Source: an uncultured Bacteroidales bacterium
GTDB lineage: Bacteria; Bacteroidota; Bacteroidia; Bacteroidales; Bacteroidaceae
Direction of reading: 5' to 3'
DNA: 64,000 nucleotides
Assembly: GCA_902783655.1 (NCBI GenBank)
Contig: CACZRZ010000036.1
Location: 164 to 64,163 of the forward strand
Under the pieces are notes generated by a model, which did no database searches, was not told where the DNA came from, and was given only the letters and a program-made list of their open reading frames with translations. The translations under genes were made by a program, and so were the position numbers. Shown here piece by piece: positions 23,409-30,888 of this stretch; the stretch's first letter is position 1; every line of letters begins with the position of its first letter.

Positions 23409-26400
23409 GTGGCTATGAGGAAACTTACGTTACTGTCAATCATTATATTAATCTCCGTCGCACTGCCCATCGGTGCTGCTCCTGTCATCTTCCCACAGGC
23501 TCAGCAGGCAGGTGAGGCCTCCGTAAGCCAGTCGGGCAGCGTCTACATGCTGCACAATAATCTGCTCACAGCCTGTTTCCGCAGCGAGGGTGGGACGCTG
23601 CTCTTCGATGGCTGCGAGGAGATGGGACTGAAGGCTGGGACGGAGCTTTTCAAGATACATCTTTCGAATGGCAAGGAGGTAAGTGCCTCGCAAATGACGA
23701 TGGGCGAAGTCACCACCACTGTGCTGGAACCCGATTCCGAAGCTGCCAAGGCAGCATTGCGTTTGCCCGGAAAGGCCATCGAGACAACATTTACCTACGA
23801 CAAACTGACTCTCAGGTGGCGTGCCGTCCTGCGCGACGGTTCTCACTACCTGCGTACGGAACTCGCGTTGTATGCCGCTTCCAATGTGCAGTTCGAGTCT
23901 GTCATCCCCATGATATACACTGTGGAAAACAATGATGATCAGGCTCCCATTGTGGTGGGTAACACGCGTGGAGCCGTCATTGCCAGCGACCACATCTTTG
24001 CCGGTCTGGAGACTCCGATGGGCAAAAATACCATCGTGGGCGCAATGTCCGCAGGAGTCTTCAATTTCAGCTCGTGGACAAGCACCACCTTCTCGTGGGA
24101 ACCGGGCTCCGATACGCCGCAGGGCATCCTTAATCTTGGTCTGCCAGCCAGCGGCATCTGTGCTGTGCAGGGCTATCTTGCCATCCTCGAAGGTGGCACC
24201 CAGAAAGTGACGTTCCAATACACCAGCGGCAACCACCGGCTGGATATTGCCGGAGTGGACGTCGTGGACCCGGTCACGGGCAAAGTCGTAGCCAGCGACT
24301 ATCATAAGGGATATACGGGTGGTGCGAAGTCCAAGAATGTCTATACGCTTCGCATACCTGCAGCAGGTTACTATCTCGTGCGCTATTTCCGCGATACGGT
24401 GACGGATAAGCAAAGTTCGTTCAACAGCAACGGCTCGATTACGTGGAGTTGCGATGTCATTGCTCCTGAACTTGTCTATGACGGTAACACTGCAGCCAAT
24501 GTGCTGCCCTCGGCAGGAATATCCGTGACGGCTCCATTGCTCGAAGTGGGCGGCACACGCACCGATGCATGGACACCTGCTTCGTGGAGTACACCATCCA
24601 TGGTGCCATCGCGCATCCTCGAACTGGGTTACAGTGCCGAGCATGTCAAGATGCTGGAAAAGAGCATAGGTTTCTCGCATGGGGAGGGCACATTCAATGC
24701 ACGGTTTATGTACACCTCGGGTAATCATGGTCTGACGATAGCCGGTGTGGAACTGGTGGATGCCGATGGCCATGTTGTGGCATCGGACTATCACAAAGGC
24801 TTCTCCGGCACAGCCAAGACGGATAACGACTACACCTTCACTGTGCCTGCTGCAGGCGACTACACCCTGCGCCACTATGCAATCCTCAATCCCAACGGCT
24901 CGGACAACACTTCGTCGGGCAACATCGACATGAGCTATGCAAGGGACTATTACTATCATCTTGCACCGCCTGCCGAGACAACCATTCAAGGCGAATGGAG
25001 CCGCCAGACGACCTTGGAGGCCGGCAAGACCTGGAAGGTGAGTGCCGTAGTGGGAATTATAGCTCCGGGGCAGGCCCGTCGTTCGTTCCTCTGCTATAGC
25101 GAGCGCGAACGTGCCGTTCCCTGGCGTCCCTTCCCCATGTACAATTCGTGGTTCGAACTGAACATCAACCGAAACAACGACCAAAACTATACGACGAACT
25201 TCACCGAGGCACAATGTGCAAAGGTGCTTGACCAGTGGAAAACCCATCTCTTCGACAAGTATGGCGTGGGCATAGGTTCCTTTGTGTGGGACGACGGTTG
25301 GGACATCTACGGAACATGGGAGTTCAATCCCAATTTCCCCAATGGCTTTGCTACACTCAGCGACAAGGCGTGGGCCATGAACTCACAGATCGGAGCCTGG
25401 CTCGGACCGGTGGGAGGCTATGGGCAGAGCGGTAACTATCGACGCAACTACTGGAGTTCGCGTGGAGGCATGCAGCTCTCCAATCCAGCCTATTATAAGG
25501 TGTTCTTCGACCGTACCAGCTATATGCTCAACACGTATCATTTCAACTACTTCAAGTTCGACGGCATCAGTGCACAGTTCAGCTCCGTAGGCCCCGACGG
25601 TGGTGCCACAGGTGAGGAGAATGCCGAGGCCATCATCGACATCGAAATGAAGTTGCGCGAGGTGAAACCCGATGTATTCCTCAACACCACCGTAGGCACC
25701 TGGGCCAGTCCCTTCTGGTTTCAAGCTACGGATGCTGTGTGGCGACAGGAGAACGACTGGGGGACCATCGGCAATCAAGGTAACTCGCGCGAACAGTGGA
25801 TAACCTATCGGGACCGCTTGGTCTATCAGAACTTCGTCCAAAATTCCCCGCTGTGTCCCATCAATACGCTCATGACCCACGGTTTCATCCTTTCGAACTA
25901 CGGAGGTGGCGTGGCTGATATGAGTAGGAACTACAACGACATCGTGCGCGAGATGCGCTGTGCCTTCGCCTGTGGCAGTGGTATGGTGGAAGTGTATGCT
26001 GACTATGCCCTGATGAACAGCATCAATGGTGGCAAACTCTGGGGCGACCTGGCTGAGTGCATCAGGTGGCAGGAGGAACAGAAGGACGTCCTGCCCGATG
26101 TGCATTGGGTGGGAGGCAATCCGTGGGACGGCAGCAAGGCCAACGTCTATGGTTGGGCATCGTGGAATGGAGAAAAGGCCACCCTCGCCCTGCGCAATCC
26201 AGCAGCCTCTCGACAGACCTTCACCACCACTTTGCGTGAGGCCCTCGATATTCCAGACTACATCCACACCAGCATCACACTGACCGATGCTTTCAAACAG
26301 GGCATCCTCAGCGGTCTCGATACAGGTACGCCCATAGACATCGACACACCACTTGTGCTCACGCTCGCTGCCTCGTCGGTGTATGTATATAATGGTACAG

Positions 26401-26546
26401 ACCTTGGAACAGGAGACTGCATAACCTCTGAAATGGCAAGTGATAAATGGCCCAATGGTAAATCCTACGACCTCTCGGGCCGTCCTGCGGCAAGTGTCCG
26501 CGGCATGCGGGTCAGCAAGGGACGCAAGACGATTGTGAAAAAGTGA
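23409..26546 (+). CDS. secreted glycoside hydrolase, clan GH-D (GH27/GH36 alpha-galactosidase-like) catalytic region, with a duplicated N-terminal binding module and a T9SS-like C-terminal tail
   Basis: It has a signal peptide. The catalytic region carries VWDDGWD and NYFKFDGI motifs typical of melibiase-type TIM barrels. Two internal modules of about 130 aa are homologous to each other. The C-terminus reads YDLSGRP ... KGRKTIVKK. Confidence 0.6.
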   Translation: MAMRKLTLLSIIILISVALPIGAAPVIFPQAQQAGEASVSQSGSVYMLHNNLLTACFRSEGGTLLFDGCEEMGLKAGTELFKIHLSNGKEVSASQMTMGEVTTTVLEPDSEAAKAALRLPGKAIETTFTYDKLTLRWRAVLRDGSHYLRTELALYAASNVQFESVIPMIYTVENNDDQAPIVVGNTRGAVIASDHIFAGLETPMGKNTIVGAMSAGVFNFSSWTSTTFSWEPGSDTPQGILNLGLPASGICAVQGYLAILEGGTQKVTFQYTSGNHRLDIAGVDVVDPVTGKVVASDYHKGYTGGAKSKNVYTLRIPAAGYYLVRYFRDTVTDKQSSFNSNGSITWSCDVIAPELVYDGNTAANVLPSAGISVTAPLLEVGGTRTDAWTPASWSTPSMVPSRILELGYSAEHVKMLEKSIGFSHGEGTFNARFMYTSGNHGLTIAGVELVDADGHVVASDYHKGFSGTAKTDNDYTFTVPAAGDYTLRHYAILNPNGSDNTSSGNIDMSYARDYYYHLAPPAETTIQGEWSRQTTLEAGKTWKVSAVVGIIAPGQARRSFLCYSERERAVPWRPFPMYNSWFELNINRNNDQNYTTNFTEAQCAKVLDQWKTHLFDKYGVGIGSFVWDDGWDIYGTWEFNPNFPNGFATLSDKAWAMNSQIGAWLGPVGGYGQSGNYRRNYWSSRGGMQLSNPAYYKVFFDRTSYMLNTYHFNYFKFDGISAQFSSVGPDGGATGEENAEAIIDIEMKLREVKPDVFLNTTVGTWASPFWFQATDAVWRQENDWGTIGNQGNSREQWITYRDRLVYQNFVQNSPLCPINTLMTHGFILSNYGGGVADMSRNYNDIVREMRCAFACGSGMVEVYADYALMNSINGGKLWGDLAECIRWQEEQKDVLPDVHWVGGNPWDGSKANVYGWASWNGEKATLALRNPAASRQTFTTTLREALDIPDYIHTSITLTDAFKQGILSGLDTGTPIDIDTPLVLTLAASSVYVYNGTDLGTGDCITSEMASDKWPNGKSYDLSGRPAASVRGMRVSKGRKTIVKK

Positions 26547-26667
26547 GTACAGGGCAAGTTCCTGTTATTCGCATCATTCGCCGATCCGAATACTTCGCCT
26601 GCTTCATTTTACCTTATATAATATTGTGCGCATGTGGGCGCATGCGCGTGCGTTGATAGGTTAGGCT

Positions 26668-26733
26668 TCAATCGACGTGTCGTCTGAGCTCAATCGACAC
26701 GTCGTTGGAGCTCCAACGACGCGTCGATGAAGC
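26668..26733. repeat. three tandem 22-bp units, each with an ACGAC-NN-GTCGT type palindrome
   Basis: The units are TCAATCGACGTGTCGTCTGAGC, TCAATCGACACGTCGTTGGAGC and TCCAACGACGCGTCGATGAAGC. The unit 2/3 junction forms a perfect 22-bp palindrome, CGTCGTTGGAGCTCCAACGACG. Confidence 0.8.
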
Positions 26734-26904
26734 CCCAACCATAATAGGGATGAAAAGGAGGCTCTTCCTGTTTCGTTCTTGAAATGCCAGGACGGCAGCA
26801 TGCATTTGGATTTCTTTCCGTGCAATGCCTTCCTTTTTTCCCGTCGAACATGTATTGTGAAGACCGGGCGTGTGGAGGATTTGCAGGCAGAGACGAGAAC
26901 CCTT

Positions 26905-26936
26905 TATCAACAAGAAAACCTCCCCAGAGAGGGAGG
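26905..26936 (-). terminator. intrinsic terminator downstream of tRNA-Arg
   Basis: The minus strand reads CCTCCC-TCTCT-GGGGAGG followed by TTTTCTTGTT. Confidence 0.6.
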
Positions 26937-26944
26937 CATCCTCG

Positions 26945-27019
26945 TGATCCGGAAGGGGCTCGAACCCTTGACCCGCAGCTTAGAAGGCTGCTGCTCTAAT
27001 CCAACTGAGCTACCGGACC
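26945..27019 (-). tRNA. tRNA-Arg (anticodon UCU)
   Basis: The minus strand reads GGTCCGGTAGCTCAGTTGGATTAGAGCAGCAGCCTTCTAAGCTGCGGGTCAAGGGTTCGAGCCCCTTCCGGATCA. It folds as a 75-nt cloverleaf with a 7-bp acceptor stem, anticodon loop CTTCTAA and a GTTCGAG T-loop. CCA is not encoded. Confidence 0.92.
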
Positions 27020-27164
27020 ATCCTTAAATCGGGCACAAAGGTACGAATAAGCGAGCAAAATGCCAAATATATTTGAGCATTTTCGAGCGGGAGTGCCTAA
27101 AAACACAGTTTAAAGGTACGAAAATAATTACTTTGCCTCTATGAATGGCGATGAAGGGCTTCAA

Positions 27165-27980
27165 TCATTCTTTAATCGTTACCTTTTTGATATACACCTC
27201 GCGCAGGGGACGTTCAAACTCGTCGGTGGGTGTCTTCTCTATCTTGTCCACGATGTTCATGCCCTTCACCACCTGCCCGAATATGGTGTACTCGCCATCC
27301 AGGTGCGGGCAGCCGCCGTCTGTGGTGTAGGCCCGCCGTTGCTGTTCGTTGAATGGGCGAGGCGGATGGTTGGCTACGACGGTTTCGGCAACGGTGAGTA
27401 TGCTGTCCTGCAACTCGTAGTAGGCATCCTTGTCGTTCTGTTCCAGTCGCTCCAGTCGCCGGGCGTGTTGGTTTTGCAACTTGCGCCAGTGCATGTTCAC
27501 CGCTTCCTGATACAGTGTCTGATAGAATTCGGACAAAGACTCCTGCGTGTATTTTTCGCCCGTCACGATGTACCATTGTGTGGCAGAGCTGGCTTTCTTG
27601 GGATTCTGCGCGTCGGGCTGACGGGCTGCTGCAAGCATTCCGCGCCGGTGGATGTACTTTGGAAACCGAATTTCCTGTGGAATGGTGTAGTGCAGAGCGG
27701 CTGTGTCTGCGGTGACGGGTGCATTTCCTGGTTTCAGCGTCGGGTCGCCCGTCTGTATGATGAGGCCTGGAACGATGCGGTGCCACATGATGCCGTCGAA
27801 GTATCCCTCCTTTGCCAGGCGGATGAAGTTGTCCCTGTGCAGCGGTGTGTCGTTGAACAGCCTGACTTCGATGTCGCCCACGGACGTCTCTATCAGTACT
27901 TCCGTTTCCCGTTCTCCTTTCTCTTGGCACGCTGCCGTCAGCAGCGTTATGGCCAATACGTATAAAAGTCTTTTCGTCAT
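27165..27980 (-). CDS. cyclophilin-type peptidyl-prolyl cis-trans isomerase (lipoprotein, with a helical insert)
   Basis: It has a lipobox (LLTAAC) and cyclophilin motifs FHRIVPGLIIQTGDP-like (MWHRIVPGLIIQTGDP) and YTIFGQVVKGMNIVDKI. The start is set at ATG 27980; the longer ORF overlaps the upstream gene. Confidence 0.85.
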   Translation of the reverse strand: MTKRLLYVLAITLLTAACQEKGERETEVLIETSVGDIEVRLFNDTPLHRDNFIRLAKEGYFDGIMWHRIVPGLIIQTGDPTLKPGNAPVTADTAALHYTIPQEIRFPKYIHRRGMLAAARQPDAQNPKKASSATQWYIVTGEKYTQESLSEFYQTLYQEAVNMHWRKLQNQHARRLERLEQNDKDAYYELQDSILTVAETVVANHPPRPFNEQQRRAYTTDGGCPHLDGEYTIFGQVVKGMNIVDKIEKTPTDEFERPLREVYIKKVTIKE

Positions 27981-27987
27981 ATCTATA

Positions 27988-30810
27988 TCATTTTTTCCCG
28001 CACAGGCGGCGGAAGTCGCAATATTGACAATGTTTCTGTTCGTCGTCGGTCTGCACGAAGGGGCGGCTGACGTCGAATATTTCGGAGATGATGCGATGTA
28101 ACTCACTGTTATATTCACCGGCAATGTCGCGGATGTCTGTGATGGGCTCACGTCCGAAACGCAGGATGGGGTCGTACTGCTGGGCATCGGTGGCGGAGAG
28201 GATATAGAAGAGGCCGGGGCTGACGGGCAGTTCCTGCCGGCGCGCCATGATGAGTGAGTAGAGTATGGTCTGCAGGTAGTAGCCTCGGGCTCCTGTCGTA
28301 TGGCCGTCGAAGATGGCGCTGATATCGCGTGGCGCTGTTTTGGCGCGTCCCGTCTTGTAGTCGATGACGCGCAGGGTAGGCTGACCTCCGATGGACATGA
28401 TGTCGAGGCGGTCGATGCGTCCGCCGATGGTGATGGTGACGGGCCCCTGCATGGTGAGGATGTTGATGGGGGCCTTCACCTCGAGTTCCATATCGTAGAG
28501 GGTGAAGGGCGTGTGAGCCTGGTCCCAGCGGAGGAGCTGGAGGACGAGCTGCGTGATGACCTCGCGGATGATCATGTTCACGCCCGAGCGGCTCTGCAGG
28601 TCGCCGAAGGCTGCGTCGAGGCTGGGGGCGAGCAGTGCGGGCTGGCCGATGTAGGGCTGGAGGTCGCTGGCCAGTACTTGTTTGCGGCCTGTCTGCAGGA
28701 TGAGCTGCCGATAGAAGTGTTCGCAGGTGTCGTGGAACAAGGTTCCGAAGATGGCTGGGTCGATGCCGTCCTGCGGACGTTGGGGCATGCGTATGTCAGC
28801 CACCTGTTGGTAGTAGAACCGCAGGGGGCATTCGATGTACTGGTTGATGGCGGTGGGGGAGAGGTAGCCCTTGTGCATCAGGCGGTCCATGACGTTCGCG
28901 TCCTTCTCGACGACGATGGGTGAGGACGGGACGAGGCTGACCTGCTGGGCATCTGTGAGGAAGTTGATGCGAAGTGGGGTTTCGGCCTCCAGTTGTCGCA
29001 GGAAACGGCTCTGTTCGCGCTGGCTGGTGCCGCTGCTGTTGTTGTTATAGACGAGGGTGATGTCCTGGGCACGCTGGAGCAGGCGGTAGAAGGAATAGGC
29101 ATAGACGGCATCCTGGCGTTCGGTGGTGTCGAGACCAAAGCTGGTGCGCAGGATGTAGGGGATGAGCGATGTGTCGGATGTGCGGCGGGGGATGATGCCT
29201 TCGCCCACGGAGAGCATGATGAGGTGACGGAAGTCGAGGGTGCGCGCCTCGAGCAGTCCCATCACCTGGAGGCCTCGGTCTTCCTCGCCGTGGAAAGGGA
29301 TGCTGGCCGACTGCAGAGCCTGGCGGACAAGGCGTCGCAGGGTGGTGGGCCGGACATCGAGGATGCCCTCGGTGATGACCCATCGGAACTGGCTGAGCGT
29401 TTGGTAGAGTTGGAAGGTGGCTTCGGCTTCTTCTTCGCTTTGCCCGGAGGGGGTGTCGGTTGAGGACTGGCCCAGATGGCGCCCTACGGCTTCTATGGCC
29501 GACATGAGCCAGTCGATGAGCTGGAGTTTGTCGGTCTGGTGGACGATGGGGCGCATGTCCTGTGGCAGGGTGGGGTAGAAGGGATTCTTCTCCACGCGCT
29601 CGAGGGCTGTGGGGCGGAAGGCTTGTGATTCCGTGTCGTAACCGTCGACTTGCAGGTCGAAGAGTGCCGACAGATAGCCGCAAATGGCCGTGTCGGTCAG
29701 CGGATAGCCCATGGTCAGGTTGACCTCGGTATGGTCGGGTATGGCATGCAGGACGGGACGCATCAGCGCTTCGTCGCATAACACGACGGCAGCCTCGCTG
29801 AGGGCCTCCCCGGGCAGTGTCTGGAGCCATTGGGGCAGGTAGCGTGCCTGTGCATTGTCGGAAGCTGTGGACAGGATGTGTATCTGCTTACGATCGTCTA
29901 TAAGGTTGTCGAAGATGTCACTGGGCAAGGCATTGGGGAACAGCTCCAGGTTGTGGCGTAGGAATAGCCCTGCTTCGTGCGTGGGGTCGTGCTGGGTGTA
30001 GTAGATGTCGTAGTCCCAGTAGAACAGTGCCTGACCGGCGTCGCGAAGGTGCATGAACAGAGCCTCCTCCACCTCGTCAAGGACGTTGAAACCAACGAAG
30101 CAGAAATGAATGGAATCGTTGCTTGGAATCTTTGCTCTATGCTCCTCGCTCTTCACGTTTTCCACCACTTCCCTATATAGTGCTCCCTTGTACATCAACC
30201 CTTGCCGACGGAGTTCGTCCTTCAGTTGGTGGTACATTTGGGGCATTGCCTGCCACATCTCGAGGAAATGTTTCTTGAGGTCGGTCTGACGGTCAGGGTC
30301 GAAGTGTTCAAAGAACTGCCGTAGGGCCTGAATCTGTGTGTCGTTGAGGTAGTCGACGCGGTCCATAGCAGCCAGTTCGGCCACGTTGGTGAAGAGTTTG
30401 TCGGCTGGCACCATGTGCTTGTCGATGTCGTCGAAGTCGTTCATCAGTATTTCGCCCCAGCTGTAGAAGTCGTCGAGCGAAGGTGCACTGGGCACCAGTC
30501 GGGCATAGATGTTATAGAGGGTGCAGACGTTACGGATGGAGTCGCTGGGAGTGTAGGGCGAGAACTGCTGAAAGAGTTCGTCGATGGTGACGAAACGTGG
30601 TGCCCACACAGGGCCTTGGGCAATGTGCGACAGAAACGACTTCATGTAGAGCTGGGCACGTTTGCCGGGGAACACGATGGTGACGTCCGATAGGTTGTTG
30701 CCGTATCGGCCTATGAGGTCCTGGGCTACATGGTACAAGAAAGGAGACCCGTCCCCTGTCCTCCCTTGAAAGGATGGAGCGGTTTCATTATTCACTTGGC
30801 TATTACTCAT
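27988..30810 (-). CDS. AddB/RexB-like PD-(D/E)XK nuclease subunit with a C-terminal Fe-S cysteine cluster
   Basis: The 940-aa protein has a nuclease motif (LRVIDYKTGR) and terminal cysteines (HCQYCDFRRLC). It sits directly downstream of a UvrD-type helicase-nuclease. Confidence 0.8.
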   Translation of the reverse strand: MSNSQVNNETAPSFQGRTGDGSPFLYHVAQDLIGRYGNNLSDVTIVFPGKRAQLYMKSFLSHIAQGPVWAPRFVTIDELFQQFSPYTPSDSIRNVCTLYNIYARLVPSAPSLDDFYSWGEILMNDFDDIDKHMVPADKLFTNVAELAAMDRVDYLNDTQIQALRQFFEHFDPDRQTDLKKHFLEMWQAMPQMYHQLKDELRRQGLMYKGALYREVVENVKSEEHRAKIPSNDSIHFCFVGFNVLDEVEEALFMHLRDAGQALFYWDYDIYYTQHDPTHEAGLFLRHNLELFPNALPSDIFDNLIDDRKQIHILSTASDNAQARYLPQWLQTLPGEALSEAAVVLCDEALMRPVLHAIPDHTEVNLTMGYPLTDTAICGYLSALFDLQVDGYDTESQAFRPTALERVEKNPFYPTLPQDMRPIVHQTDKLQLIDWLMSAIEAVGRHLGQSSTDTPSGQSEEEAEATFQLYQTLSQFRWVITEGILDVRPTTLRRLVRQALQSASIPFHGEEDRGLQVMGLLEARTLDFRHLIMLSVGEGIIPRRTSDTSLIPYILRTSFGLDTTERQDAVYAYSFYRLLQRAQDITLVYNNNSSGTSQREQSRFLRQLEAETPLRINFLTDAQQVSLVPSSPIVVEKDANVMDRLMHKGYLSPTAINQYIECPLRFYYQQVADIRMPQRPQDGIDPAIFGTLFHDTCEHFYRQLILQTGRKQVLASDLQPYIGQPALLAPSLDAAFGDLQSRSGVNMIIREVITQLVLQLLRWDQAHTPFTLYDMELEVKAPINILTMQGPVTITIGGRIDRLDIMSIGGQPTLRVIDYKTGRAKTAPRDISAIFDGHTTGARGYYLQTILYSLIMARRQELPVSPGLFYILSATDAQQYDPILRFGREPITDIRDIAGEYNSELHRIISEIFDVSRPFVQTDDEQKHCQYCDFRRLCGKK
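30748..30779 (-). repeat. degenerate G/C-rich element copy (E6) in frame near the 5' end of the AddB-like gene
   Basis: The minus strand reads CTCCATCCTTTCAAGGGAGGACAGGGGACGGG, translated as SFQGRTGDGS. Confidence 0.45.
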
Positions 30811-30888
30811 AATCCCTAAACCCTAAACTCATAAACTTTAAACTTTAAACTTTAAACTCTAAACTCTAAACTCTAAACTCTAAACTCT
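30811..30888 (-). repeat. about ten tandem AGTTTAR heptamers between the AddA-like and AddB-like genes
   Basis: On the plus strand, TAAAC recurs at 30817, 30824, 30832, 30839, 30846, 30853, 30860, 30867, 30874 and 30881. The tract contains the AddA-like stop codon and ends at the AddB-like ATG. Confidence 0.85.

Noticed and set aside
26547-27140. The non-coding tRNA-Arg flank was considered as an integration site of a mobile element.
   Set aside because: No integrase or transposase gene is present, and I saw no duplicated copy of the tRNA 3' end. The only signals are the palindromic repeats and a terminator. The ORFs here (26668-26913, 26779-27027, 26784-26999) overlap the tRNA or the repeats and look spurious.
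27981-28187. The cyclophilin ORF has a longer 340-aa form starting at 28187.
   Set aside because: The extension overlaps the 3' end of the AddB-like gene and has no family similarity. ATG 27980 gives a normal lipoprotein signal peptide (MTKRLLYVLAITLLTAAC).
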